A stretch of 64,000 bases of DNA, taken from contig NC_043000.1 in NCBI RefSeq assembly GCF_006345805.1, positions 24,738,001-24,802,000 of the forward strand, given 5' to 3'. The position numbers and the translations under genes were made by a program. This DNA comes from Octopus sinensis. Taxonomy: Eukaryota. Shown in pieces: positions 38,639 to 52,192 of the stretch; positions within the stretch are counted from its first letter, which is position 1; each line of letters opens with the position of its first letter. The notes beneath the pieces were generated by a model. The model made no database searches, was not told where the DNA came from, and was given only the letters and a program-made list of their open reading frames with translations.

Positions 38639-40142
38639 ACAAGTTATGTGAGACGATAAAACAGTGTCTTAACCAAGGAGAAAAATATTTCTTAATTTAA
38701 TGTCTAAAAACTGAGACAAGTTTCAGGCAATGCAAACGAGTGGAAAGAAGAGGAAAGAATAGAATAGAAATAAAAGGGTTTGAAAATATATATACTGTTC
38801 AGTTGTAGGATCTTTTACATACATCTATGTGTGTGTGTGTGTGTGTGTACACAGACACACACATTGTCTTGTTTCTAGTTAAATATTTCCTTCGTCCTTC
38901 ATATCGATTTTTGTAAACTGAATACAATAAGTGATTTGTTTAAATTCTAAACATAGTCATTTTTATTATATTCCAGCAGTTTTTCAAATTGACTTTTCAC
39001 GTGTCATAACTGATAAAAATTCAGTTCCAAAAAGGTTTATATTAAGACATGGTTTTTTTTTTTATTTCAACAGAAATATATAAAAGAAAAATGATATTGA
39101 ATGGTGTTTTAATTGGAGATTTATAAAAATAGACAGAACTTTTATGTGGGAGCATTAAGTACACCTTGTACTCTTAACCATTAGTTTAACACAGGTTGGG
39201 TTTGATAGATGTATCAGATACTCCAGAATTCACCCCCTAAATCTATTTATGCTGTGGTTTGTAGTCAATAAATATATAGAGCCTAAGGGCCTATAATACT
39301 GCTAAGAAAACTCTGGCAGCAGTCCGGTCATATTTTCACACAGTCCATGTGGTAGAAGGATTGGTCATCCCACTGAAAAACTTAACACCCTAAAAACAGA
39401 TTCAATGGAGGGGACATAGACTTTGCAAGTTACAAAAATCAGCAGTTCTCTCTACCAGAGTAAGGCAAAGGAGTACAACAAATAAGTTGTAAGATGCTGT
39501 GAGGATCTGTCCATCTAACACCATGGCTGTGTAATGGCCAGGCTCTCCATCACTGACGATGACACGTGTTCCAGTTGATTTGATCAATGGAACAGCCTGC
39601 TTGTGAAATTAACATGAGGCCGAGTACTCCACAGATATGCATGCACTTAACATAATTTTCAGGGGTATTCAGCATGACACAGAATGTGACAAGACTGGTC
39701 ATTTGAAATACAGGTGCAACACATTTTTGCCAGCTGAGTGGACTGGAGCAACGTGAAGTAAAGTGTCTTGCTCAAGGACTACATAATCTGATAGCAAGAA
39801 CAATAGAGTCATGTGTACTTTTGCTTCTGTGTATACACATGTAGTAAAAGCATGTGATTTGGTGGTTAGAATATATTGGTTCGCCCCATGGATAACAGAT
39901 GTGAAATAGAATGGATGATGACGATGATGATGATGATGATGTGGTGGTGGTGGTAATGAAATTATTAGTTTTGCACTGAGATCAAACAAATATTATACAC
40001 TTTTCTGAAAATACAATTAAAACACTATTCAATACATCTTTTTTATTTGTATGCAAATAGAAATACAGTATCTTAATATAAAACTTTTTGAGACTGAATT
40101 TTCAGCAGTTATGACACTTCAAAAGTTAAATTGAAAGAAAAT

Positions 40143-40184
<42 letters not shown>

Positions 40185-40296
40185 GGAAAGAGACAGACAC
40201 ACACATCATTATTTTCTTTCAATTTAACTTTTGAAGTGTCATAACTGCTGAAAATTCAGTCTCCAAAAGTTTACATATAAATATGTATGTATATAT

Positions 40297-40330
<34 letters not shown>

Positions 40331-41078
40331 GTCAATGTATCGTATATCCGAAAAAAAGCGTGTGCGCACACACACACATATATGATATTAAAAGAAAAAA
40401 TCTTTAGAAATTGAAAAAAAAAATCACTTATTCTTTGTATTCACTTTACAAAAATCAATACTATCAAACCACAAAACCAATATATTAAAAGGAAAAAAAA
40501 AAAGAAAAAATACTAACAAAAAATACACCGATGCTTGGCATAGATTTTTCCATGCACAAATGAATGTGATGCATTTCTGCTTTTTTAAAACAGATTTGGA
40601 CATCTGTAAGTAAATTCATTGTTAACCATTTGACACTTTGGCAGAGTGGGTGAGGTGCCAGGAGCGAATGGGGAGGTGGATGGGTGATGCACCGAAAGAG
40701 ATAAGGGAAATGGAAGAGGTGTCATGATAATGTGAACAATTTGAAAGTCCTCTTCATTTATTTGTTGGGCAGTTGGTAAGGACGGAATGGTAATTCTTTC
40801 AGTATTCTAGCTACAGACCAGTGGGTTGGGTAAAGAGTGTCTCTGAGTCGTATGACAAGTTCTAGTCAGTGGTTGAGGAATCCCCTTGGGAGTCCTTCAC
40901 CAACTCAAGGTAAGAGGTGTTGTTGTCCTCCTTTACACTTGAGGCACAGAGAAAGAATTGGTACTTTGGTACTTTGCAATTAAGCAAAGATATGCAATTA
41001 TGCAAATCATGTCTTAGAGTACTTTGCAATTAAGCAAATTAAGGCACTTTGCAATTAAGCAAAGATCATGTCTTAGAG

Positions 41079-41268
41079 CAGGGGTCCCTAAACTTTTTAC
41101 ACCATCAACCCTTTCATGAAATACTTGACCTCTCATTGATCTCACCACCAGGCATATACAAGAAAACAAATAAATAATAATAATAATTAAGTAGATGTAC
41201 ATTTACCAACCCCTTGAATAGTCCTATCGACCTCCAGGGATCAATATCAACCACTTTGGAGACCCCTG
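41079..41268. mobile_element. 190-bp hAT (Charlie-like) MITE
   Basis: TIRs caggggtccctaaact and actttggagacccctg, with an exact 8-bp TSD tcttagag at 41071-41078 and 41269-41276. Confidence 0.9.
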
Positions 41269-41772
41269 TCTTAGAGTACATCACATGAATAAACTGTACT
41301 TTAACCTCACAAGCACTGTGCCATTATCATCATTAGCATTTAAAATCTTATATTGCCTTTAGGGTAGAAGAATTCATGAGCACCCTGGACAAAAGGCTTA
41401 GTGGCATTTCGTCCATCTTTACATTATGAGTTCAAGCGTTGCTAAGGTATGCTTTACCCTTTATCCTTTCAGGGTCGACGAAGTCACTTCCAGTCAAGTA
41501 CTAAGGTCTTGAGCAAGGCACTTTATTTCACGTTGCTCCAGTTCACTCAGCTGTAGAAATGAGTTGCGACGTCACAGGTGCCAAGCTGTATCAACCTTTG
41601 TCTTTCCCTTGGATAACACTGGTGGCGTGGAGAGGGGAGGCCGGTATGCATGGGCGACTACTGGTCTTCCATAAAACAACCTTGCCCAGACTTGTGCTTC
41701 AGAGGGTAACTCTCTAGGTGCAAACCCATGGTCACTCATGACCGAAGGGGGTCTTATATATCTTATATATAT

Positions 41773-41940
41773 GCAGGAGTGGCTGTGTGGTAAGTAGCTT
41801 GCTAACCAACCACATGGTTCCGGGTTCAGTCCCACTGCGTGGCATCTTGGGCAAGTGTCTTCTGCTATAGCTCCGGGCCGACCAATGCCTTGTGAGTGGA
41901 TTTGGTAGACGGAAACTGAAAGAAGCCTGTCGTATATATG

Positions 41941-41971
<31 letters not shown>

Positions 41972-42181
41972 GTGTGTTTGTGTGTCTGTGTTTGTCCCCC
42001 TAGCATTGCTTGACAACCGATGCTGGTGTGTTTACGTCCACGTCACTTAGCGGTTCGGCAAAAAGAGACTGATAGAATAAGTACTGGGCTTACAAAGAAT
42101 AAGTCCCGGGGTCGAGTTGCTCGATTAAAGGCGGTGCTCCAGCATGGCCTCAGTCAAATGACTGAAAAGAGTAAAAGAGTA
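41773..42181 (+). mobile_element. SINE family A, full-length reference copy
   Basis: A-box tggctgtgtggtaag, B-box gggttcagtccc, internal (TA)n(TG)n, 3' stem-loop cagtc-aaat-gactg and (AAAAGAGT)n tail. Confidence 0.85.
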
Positions 42182-42940
42182 TATATCCCTTGCTTGCAAT
42201 TTTAAGGTAGAGCAGGACATCTTAATCCACAGAATACTTGAAACTAAATAGAAAATCTCATTCAGCAGACTATCTTATTTTAATTTTTTTCTTAATCAAA
42301 AACATGAAATATTGCTGAAGCAATCCTCTTTAAAATCTTTCATACTCTTCCACAAGCAAGCAAACATAAGCAATAAATAACCCCCACTCCACTCCACACA
42401 CATTTTGGTCTTGTTTGTTTTATACTTTTGTTCAAAATAATTTCCATATAAATTCTCAATAATTATTAAAGGCACTTTTGATGTATAGCAAACACTATTT
42501 TCACAAATGTTCAAGAATAAATAATGTCTTTTATCTTTTAGCCTTCACATGTTTCAGTCCTTAGACTGTGGCCATGCTGGAGGAGCCAACTTGAAGAAGA
42601 TACAATCACAAGTATATATATATAAAATAAAACAAAAATGCAATAGAGGACAATAAAACATCCAGACATGATACAAAGGCGAACAGGAAAACAAGTAGAG
42701 GGACATGAAGAAAAGGACGGATCATTCATGGCCTTCTTTCATCAGTCAAGTTACCAGATGTCCTTACAGTTTCAGGCAGTTACACTTAAGATTGTTCAAT
42801 CTGGTTGCCCCCCACCCCAAAAGTCTAAGTTTATTATTAGACTTTTTGTAAGAAAGCAAGCGAATGTGTACGACAACAAAGACTAAAAACAGAATGGAGA
42901 CAAAAAAAAACGGAGAACATGTTACACAGCTACAAATACA

Positions 42941-42990
<50 letters not shown>

Positions 42991-43624
42991 TACATACATA
43001 TATATATAATATTAGGGAGTATAGCTTCAAACTTACAGGGAAAAATTAGATTTAGTATTAAATCAAATTTCACAGTATAAACATATGAAATATGAATTAG
43101 AGATAAAACCACTATTAGGCAACTCAAACAGTGATAGACATAAACCAATACATAAATAAAAAATAATATAAATATAATTAATATAATATATATATAATTT
43201 TATTTTTCCAAAATGTATAAAAAGAATGATAAATATAAGTATTATTATATTGTATTATTATATAATACTTATTGTATTATATATTTATATTATTTAATAA
43301 TATTTATTATATTATACTTATTATATTATATTTATCATTCTTTTTATACGTTTTGGAAAAAAAATTATATATACATTATATATTATATTAATTATATTTA
43401 TATTATTTGTTATTTATGTATTGGTTTATGTATATCACTGTTTGAGTTGCCTAATAGCGGTTTTTATCTCTAATTCATATTTTATATATATATATATATT
43501 CATAAATATACACAAAAATATATAGGCACAGTCTTCAGCTTCAGTTCTATTGCAAGGTGACTTGAGATAAGTGCCTTCTACTATAGTCCCAGAGCAACGA
43601 AAGCCTAGTCAATTGATTTAGCAA

Positions 43625-44035
43625 CAGAAGCTGAAAGAGGTTATGACTGATAATGAGAATTACAGGACCATATGGGAGTTCCTCATAAAGACTGACCATG
43701 ATATTTAATTAAGAAGATCAAATATGATTACAAAGGACAACTTAAAATGGTGTGATATCACAGACTTTGCAATTCCCTATGATAATAGAGTTGATACCAA
43801 AGAAATTGAAAAATTGGGTTCACTTGGCACAATGCCTGAAATGCTACCTAAAAGACCGAAAGAGAGTGGAACTGAAACTTGCATTGTCAACTGGTAAAGT
43901 ACCATCCTATATTTGGCAAGAATCTTAAAAAAGATTTTTGAGGTTTAAGGAGACTTATTATTACCAAACATCAAGATAAAATACCTGCCAACTAACTTAG
44001 CATGCGCTATAATAATAATAGTAATAATAACAATA
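43625..44035 (+). mobile_element. Second R4/Dong-like RLE 3' remnant with an (AAT)n tail
   Basis: DNENYRTIWEFLIKTDHDI..DITDFAIPYDNRVDTKEIEK..LGSLGT..LARILKKIFEV*, followed by ataataataatagtaataat. Confidence 0.65.
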
Positions 44036-45767
44036 TGTTGTGGCTAATTTTATAAATTCCCCATGGTAGGTCAGTGTTTATTTGTAGGTGACCTCTTTTG
44101 GTAGTGAGATCATTTATCTTGGAGTCTGTCAATTATGTCAATGAACGAGGAATTTTTTAGGCTCTGATGACTTGACACAATTTCTTATGGCAGAAGTTTC
44201 CATGATGTCGAAGTTCAATTAATTAAGGAATTTTGCATATGTCATTTTAGTATATCAACCATGACACCAAGGTATAACATATTGGCCCACCTGAGTTTCC
44301 TTTTACTCATTCTATCACTTTTTAAATTATGAAAATTACTAAAGGCCAAAACTCTTCCTAACTCTTTCACTAAATGTAAAAAATGCTTCTCAACCGTTTT
44401 ACTGAAGCAGATTTTTCTATGGCTTGATTCCCTTGTTGTTGACATTCCCCACTTGTTTCCAAACAAGGTAACATTTCCTTGATGCTGGACCCATTTTTTC
44501 TGGTAGGTTGGAAATGAAGGACACAGCTTTTGTGACAGTGATGCTTATTTTACAATTATCACACAATGTCAGGACATTGACACACACAAACACACACACA
44601 CACACACACATACATACACAAATGATGGACATGATTTTAGTTTCTGTCATTCCAGTGTACTCACAAGGTTTGGATGGTCCAGGACCATAAAAGAATACAC
44701 TTGCCCAAGGTGCCATGCAAAGGGACTGAACCTGTAACCAAGTGAATTTCTTAACTACACAACTATACCTGTGTCAGCCAGGAACATGAATGCATGTATG
44801 GGGAGCATGTAAACATTCACAAAACAGCAGCCTTCTTTGAACTAAGTCCACCAAGTTACACACATTCCCTTGTCACTCATCATGAGAAATGTATACCAAT
44901 GATTGGTCTATTTGAAACTTGTAACCAAAGACACTGCTAACCAATGGCACAGCTGTTTCCAAACAGTGATACATAAAAGGAATGAAAGAATGATTGCTCA
45001 GATGGAAGACTCCAAGATTTTTTATCTCATTCACCATTATTCTAACATAACTATATTAAATTTTACCGGTGAGTGTTTTAAATTATAAGGCACAAAAAGA
45101 AAATGATTCTCCCCAGACACAACAGAATATGCCTCAACACATGAACTCATATAAAGAATCTTGCAAACCAAATCCAAAAGTGTAATATATTAAAGAGCAA
45201 TACAGATTATATAAACACATTGTGGATTACATTTAATGAACAACAGGAGTTCTTCAGAATGTTTAAGGGACCACCTACCCACAGGGCACACAATATTTTT
45301 TCTCCAGAAGAACAAGTTTAGTTACAAGTATTTAATTGTTTTTCAACATGCTTTACCACCCGCACCACCCACCATTCCGGTGTCTCTGTTATTGTGATAA
45401 GGTTTGTTTCCTCATTGCTAACACAGCCAACCATTACACTTTCTCTCAGCTGGTATTTGCCATCAGAAATGTAGTCCTGTTTGTTTGTGATAATTTAACA
45501 TGACAATGAGAGAAAAAATGCAACGTGATACTGTCTTCGGTCTCAAAGGACAGACTTTTATCTTCCAGCCAGACAAGATTTAAAGGATTAATTATAGAGA
45601 AGGGATAAGTAAATACAAAGAAAATACACACACACACACACACACATACATACACATATTTATACACACACACATACATATATATACAAATATGTATATT
45701 CATAATTTCATTGCACATTTATATATACCTGCCTTCGTCTTTTGTTTATTTTCATAAAGCTTCCCGT

Positions 45768-45775
45768 TATATATA

Positions 45776-45820
<45 letters not shown>

Positions 45821-46158
45821 TAGATAGATATAGATATAGCATGGAAAGCGGACATTAAACGATGATGATGATGATATATAAATTTATATATTTATATATA
45901 TATGTATGTATAAATGTATGTATGCATATATGTATGTGTATATATATATATATATATGTACACATACACACACACATACATACATGCACATATACATATG
46001 TGTGTATATATATATATATATAAAAGTATATATGCATATATGAATATATATATATATATACACATACACACATGCATATATCTACATATATATACACACA
46101 CATACATATATCTACATATATATACACACACACACACACACATACATACATATATACA

Positions 46159-46191
<33 letters not shown>

Positions 46192-46197
46192 GCAATG

Positions 46198-46248
<51 letters not shown>

Positions 46249-46265
46249 TAGATAGATAGATAGAT
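45768..46265. repeat. Compound (TA)n/(CA)n/(GA)n microsatellite with an embedded RTE tail fragment
   Basis: Directly visible. gcatggaaagcggacattaaac(gat)n lies at about 45840. Confidence 0.9.
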
Positions 46266-47029
46266 ATTAGAAAAAGGAGATAAAAGGCAAGGAGGTATCG
46301 TCAACAGTTTCTGTTGGAAAATATAATGAAAATCAAACGACAAAACAGAACACCATGTCAAAGTAGGAATGTCTGTGTGTCTGTTTGCGTCTGCTAAAAT
46401 AATATGAAAACAGAATAATTTACCACAACAGTATAAGTTTACTTCTCATAAATCCATCACAAACAAAAACAAAACGAGGAGAGCATGGTATGAAGAACGT
46501 GTTGTGCTACATTATATCATAATTGTTCAGAAATTCTAACCTCCATCTTTTAATGAAAAATGAATAACAAAGCAGTGAAAATAAAAATAATAAAAAATGA
46601 ATTTCTTTATTTAATGCATGTCGTTAGTTGCTGCATCAGTTTTCAATAACAATCAATGGTTGAGTTGATCAGTTGACTTTTGTGGGGTGGGGTGGGGGAA
46701 AATTGGAGTGAAGTATTATTGATGCTTTCACAAGAAATGTTATGGTGATTTCCTCCTCCTCCTCCTCATCATCATCATCACCATCATTACGATCATCATC
46801 ATCATCGTCGTCGTTGTCTTTATTTGATGTCTGTTTTCCATGCTGGAATGTGTTGCATGATTCAACGTTGGCTTTGGTATGGTTTCTGTAGTCTGAAGCC
46901 CTTCTTATGCCAACCACTTTACAGATTGTGTAGGGAATGTTTTTATGCAACAATGGCACCAGTGAAGTCATTAAGTAACCTGCAAGACATGACCCCCCCA
47001 CACATGCACACACACACACACTGAGGTGG

Positions 47030-47305
47030 AGTGTATAATTGAGGGAAATTACCACCTGTATCATCTCTTGTGAAAGGTAGACAAGTCCAGTTTGCTGGAC
47101 ATTGTTGTAGAGCTGAAAATGAGGTAATTTCAACTCTTCTCCTCTAGAAGCCATCTGCTCGTGATAACAGAGGGTGCACACTACCCTGATGTAATCTCCA
47201 GGGATACAGGCATCCAGCAACAGGACCTCCGTAATGCTATGATGGACCATGAAGTCTGGTGTAACATAGTAAATTCCATTGTCTCGACCACGGTCAAATA
47301 ATAAT
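47030..47305 (+). pseudogene. RTE/RTEX-like LINE C-terminal fragment
   Basis: The plus frame reads GKLPPVSSLVKGRQVQFAGHCCRAENEVISTLLL*KPS...YPDVISRDTGIQQQDLRNAMMDHEVW. The minus-strand 222-aa ORF here is its antisense shadow. Confidence 0.65.
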
Positions 47306-47324
47306 GATGTATGACAGAGGGACA

Positions 47325-47727
47325 GAAACATTAGCACACCGGGTGAAATGCTTAGCAGTATTTCATCTGCCGCTATGTTCTGAGTTCAAATTCTGCAGAG
47401 GTCGACTTAGCCTTTTATCATTTCAGGGTTGATTAAATAAGTACCAGTTACACACTGGGGTTGATGTAATCAACTTAATCCGTTTGTCTGTCCTTGTTTG
47501 TCCTCTCTGTGTTTAGCCCCTTGTGGGTAGTAAAAGAAATAGGTATTTCGTCTGCCACTACGTTCTGAGTTCAAATTCTGCCGAGGTCGACTTAGCCTTT
47601 TATACTTTCGGGGTCAATTAAATAAGTACCAGTTACACACTGGGGTTGATGTAATCGACTTAATCCCTTTGTCTGTCCTTGTTTGTCCCTTCTATGTTTA
47701 GCCCCTTGTGGGCAATAAAGAAATAAG
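47325..47727 (+). mobile_element. Family B SINE dimer
   Basis: The second monomer starts gaaatag|gtatttcgtctgcc at about 47543. Confidence 0.8.
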
Positions 47728-48344
47728 GAACAGGTGTCTTGCTGTAGACAAGATACATAGTTACCTGAGTTTAAGTGGAATAGGACAGTTCTAGCCAGGA
47801 ATTAGAACTGAACGATAAGATGTTGTTGACATAGGACAAACCGCCACTCCATGGTGCCCACTACAAATGATTTGTTTTGTGCAAGCAAAAGAACAAGATT
47901 ATGTCCTTCTTTATAATGAAAGATTATGAAGGGCAAGAATTTATATCTTTCTGAATAGTTTTAGCGAGTAAGTTGTTGTCATCATCATCGTTTAACGTCC
48001 GTTTTCCATGCTAGCATGGGTTGGATGGTTCGACTGGGGTCTGGGAAGCCAGGAGGCTGCACCAGGCTCCAGCCTGATCTGGCAGTGTACAAGGAAATAT
48101 TCTATTACCGGTTAGAAGTGAACCCAGGCTTTTGGGAATGCAATATCATTTACTGGGGATATTATAACAGCTCATAGTGTTTTATTACAATGATTTAATA
48201 TACACACACACACAGTTGCTCAGATTCAAAGAAAACAAACTAAGGCAGTACTTTTTTTTTTTATTTGTCACTCTTTTTTCTTTTACGAACAATATTCCTC
48301 TAGCCCCCACCCCCAACCTTCATTACAACTCTCTTTACTCACTT

Positions 48345-50420
48345 TTCTCTTTTACTTGTTTCAGTCATTTGACTGCGGCCATGTTGGAGCACTGCCTTTA
48401 GTCGAGCAAATCGACCCCGGGACTTATTCTTTGTAAGCCCAGTACTTATTCTATCGGTCTCGCCATGCTGGAGCACCACCTTTAGTCGAGCAAATCGACC
48501 TCAGGACTTGTTCTTTCTAAGCCTACTACTTATTCTATCAGTCTCATTTGCTGAACTGCTAGGTTACGGGGATGTAAACACACCAGCATCAGTTGTAAAG
48601 CAATGTTGGGGAGACAAACACAGACACACAAACACATACACATATATATAAACATATATATGACGGGCTTCTTTCAGTTTCCGTCTACAAAATCCACTCA
48701 CAAGGCTTTGGTTGGCCTGAGGTTATGGTAGAAAACACTTGCCCAAGGTGCCACGCAGTGGGACTGAACCCGGAACCATGTGGTTCATAAGCAAGCTACT
48801 TACCACACTCCCACCCCTCATTACAACTATTCAACAAAATTAAACACATCATAAAAATTGTTGGTGACAGGTTGATTGCCATTAAAACAGGTGATTCACA
48901 TAAACAGAATAAAAATTGAAAGCATTTTTGAAAATTAGGGCAATTATTTATTTACTTATTCACATTTAGAAATCTGCTATTATTGTTGTTGTTGTTGTTG
49001 TGACTATGGCTTGACAAACAGTTTATTATAATATTACATCTAATACTTTTTTAAATATAATATTTGAATAAGAGACAAAGACTAAAAAACAATGAAACAG
49101 CACAGGTGTATACATTGTCCCCCTAAAGCCAGCCCCCTTTGTCCTTAGTACCCATGGAAAATTACCCCCTTCCCACTTTTTCACAGTACAGGGTTAAAGG
49201 ACTGTGTTTACACTCTTTTACTCGTTTCAGTCATTTGACTGCTGCCATGTTGGAGCACCACCTCTAGTCGAGCAAATCGACCCCAAGACTTATTCTTTAT
49301 AAGCCAAGTACTTATTCTATCGGTCCCTTTTGCCAAACTGCTAAGTGACGGGGATGTAAACACACCAGCATCAGTTGTCAAGCAACAACACACACACATA
49401 TATACATATGCATATATACGATGGGCTTCTTTCAGTTTCCGTCTAACAAATCCAATCACAAGGCTTTGGTTGGCCCAAGGCTATGGTAGAAGACACTTGC
49501 CCAAGGTTCCATGCAGTGGGACTGAACCTGGAACCATGTGGTTGGTAAGCAAGCTACTTACCACACAGCCACTCCTGTGCCTATGTTTATGAAAATCATA
49601 TGTAAATGCTATTAGATGGTAGGTGAAAGGGTCTCCAATAGCTGGAAAAAGGATTTTAGCAGGTGAACACATCTTAGTCACATTGTCTTCGATTATAAAT
49701 GTCTTAGACAATAAATGTAAGGGTCTTATTAGGTGACACGCTTCTAACCAGAAATCAAAAGGAGCATAGATTTCCAAAGAAATTATTCCCATTCTATAGT
49801 TTTTATTGCAGTAATAAAAACCCAGAAAAAAAGGATATATTTCTTTATGGCAACAAATTATAGTGCATCTGTAAAGATGATGGCAATAGGAAGGACATAT
49901 AATTCCAAAAATCATACAGACATATGGGACATGTGAGTGCAACTCGAAAAACAACAGAGGCGGACTGCGATGATCTGTTCAACCCATGCCAGCATGGAAA
50001 AATAAGTATAAAATGATGATGATGTGTTTATTTTACAACTATCATCTTTGATAGGGGTGATTGTGTAGTAAGAAGCTTGCTTACCAACCACATGGTTCAG
50101 GGTTCAGTCCCACTGCATGACACCTTGGGCAAGTGTCTTCTACTATAGCGTTGGGCCGACCAAAGTCTTGCGAGTGGATTTGGTAGATGGAAACTGAAAG
50201 AAGCCTGTTGTGTGTGTGTGTGTGTTTGTCCACCACAACATTGCTTGACAACCGATGCTGGTGTGTTTACGTCCCTGTAACTTAGCAGTTCAGCAAAAGA
50301 GACAGATAGAATAAGTACTAGGCTTACAAAGAATAAGTCCTGGGGTTGATTTGTTTGACTAAAGGCAGTGCTCCAGCATGGCCATAGTCAAATGACTGAA
50401 ACAAGTAAAATAATAAAAGA
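48345..50420. mobile_element. Three SINE A copies: minus 48345-48810 (3' part duplicated), minus 49212-49580, plus 50055-50420
   Basis: Each matches the 41773-42181 consensus. Confidence 0.8.
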
Positions 50421-50429
50421 ATGTAATAT

Positions 50430-50478
<49 letters not shown>

Positions 50479-50863
50479 CACACACACATGCACATACACA
50501 GACACACATCACAAACTCAGTTTAGTAAATGTTTTTAAGTATAACTTTTTGTTACTTCCTACAAACTACTTATCTCAAACTATTAAACAAAATAGTGGTT
50601 TAAATAAAATCACCATTCATTGATATTATTGTTCAGCAAGAAATAAATGGTGTGTGTGTGTGTGTGCATGCGTACATGTTAACTTTGTGTGTATTTTAGA
50701 ACAAATAGAGAGAGGAAAGAAAGATAAGTGAAGAAGAGACAAAGTTGGGAGAGAGAGAGAAGGAAGAGAGGGAGAGAGAGAGAGAGGGGAGAGGGAGAAG
50801 AGAGAGAGAAGAGAGAGAGAGATGAGAGAAGCTTAAATAAGAGAAAATCAAAGAAAGAAGCAG

Positions 50864-50894
<31 letters not shown>

Positions 50895-51516
50895 TACATA
50901 TATATATATATGCACACACACATGCATATTTATATGGAGAGTGAGAGAGAAAGAGAACTGGACATAAAGGGGGGAAAATAAGCCAAAGAGAATAGTTTAG
51001 TTGTACCAATGTAGGTCTGGCATAAAAATTTTTAACAAAAGGAAAATCTAATAAAGCCATGTTTTCATAATGATTTTTCTGCGAAACTCTTTTCATAACA
51101 AATCATCCAAACAGATTTAACAATAATAAATATTCTTCAATAGAAGATTACCATGGCTGGATATTCTAAGGGGGAAGAAATACTTAAATCAGTCACCATG
51201 GCAAATGGAAACGCCATAGTTTTCTGCATAATTTGTTGGCAGTCTTAGGATAGATTATTTTTCTGAACTCTGACAACCAGAATAAAGGGATTATAAAAGA
51301 GGAACGAAATGGCAAGCAATTCACACAGGAAATTGTCTTAATTGGAATGGCTTTTTATTTCTATTGGATATGAAAGTGTGTTGCATGTTGTGTTTTGTTC
51401 TTGTTAGTGTGCATTGCATGTGCTTGAGTTGTATCGTGTTATGGTTTTCTCCAGTAGAGTTTATTTGTACTTAACATGAATGATGTCATTAGAAGATGGT
51501 GGTATAAAACAATGGT

Positions 51517-51753
51517 TTTTAAAGGCAGTGAGCTGGCAGAATCGTTAGTACGCCGGGCGAAATGCGTAGCTGTATTTCGTCTGCCGTTACATTCTGAGTT
51601 CAAATTCCACCGAGGTCGACTTCACCTTTCATCCTTTCGGGGTCAATTAAATAAGTACCAGTTATGCACTGGGTCAATGTAATCGACTTAATCCGTTTGT
51701 CTGACCTTGTTTGTCCCCTCTGTGTTTAGCCCATTGTGGGTAGTAAAGAAATA
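51517..51753 (+). mobile_element. Family B SINE with a 16-bp TSD
   Basis: ggtataaaacaatggt at 51501-51516 and 51754-51769. Confidence 0.85.
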
Positions 51754-51802
51754 GGTATAAAACAATGGTGGTAGTGACAGTGGTATACAGATGGTGGTTG
51801 TG

Positions 51803-52192
51803 GAGGCGCAATGGCCCAGTGGTTAGGGCAGCGGACTCGCGGTCGGAGGATCGCGGTTTCGATTCCCAGACCGGGCGTTGTGTGTGTTTATTGAGCGAAA
51901 ACACCTAAAGCTCCACGAGGCTCTGGCAGGGGGTGGTGGCGACCCCTGTTGTACTCTTTCGCCTCAACTTTCTCTCACTCCACTCTTACTTCCTGTTTCT
52001 GTTGTACCTGTATTTCAAGGGGCCGGCCTTGTCACTCTCTGTGTCATGCTGAATATCCCTGAGAACTACGTTAAGGGTGCACGTGTCTGTGGAGTGCTCA
52101 GCCACTTACACGTTAATTTCACGAGCAGGCTGTTCCGTTGATTTGGATCAACCGGAACCCTCATCGACGTAACCGATGGAGTGCTTCCATCC
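51803..52192 (+). mobile_element. SINE family R, tail variant 2, with a 14-bp TSD
   Basis: tRNA-like head ggaggcgcaatggcccagtggttagggcagcggactcgcgg...ttcgattccc. atacagatggtggt occurs at 51785-51798 and 52193-52206. Confidence 0.85.

Noticed and set aside
42140-42181. Hammerhead in the SINE A tail (agtc-aaat-gact-gaaa...gtaaaag; gaaacaagta in other copies)
   Set aside because: There is no CUGANGA-like core or stem I partner upstream. It is better explained as a 3' LINE-recognition stem-loop.
44251-44271. YINHDTK WW-domain-like microexon
   Set aside because: It is on the wrong strand for MAGI, lies upstream of the GuK exon in MAGI order, has a weak donor (gtataa) and is too short to be significant.
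46669-47337. 222-aa minus-strand ORF
   Set aside because: It is an antisense read-through of an RTE/RTEX fragment plus microsatellites.
47764-47859. 96-nt minus-strand exon-like segment (tttgtag|...CAG|gtaact)
   Set aside because: It has stops in all three frames and no homology to MAGI PDZ0.
49481-49954. 157-aa minus-strand ORF
   Set aside because: It runs into a SINE head, has no recognisable domain and shows no supported splice sites.
51803-51880. tRNA gene
   Set aside because: It has A and B boxes, but the acceptor and anticodon stems are imperfect and it continues into a SINE body bounded by a TSD. The same applies to the other SINE heads.
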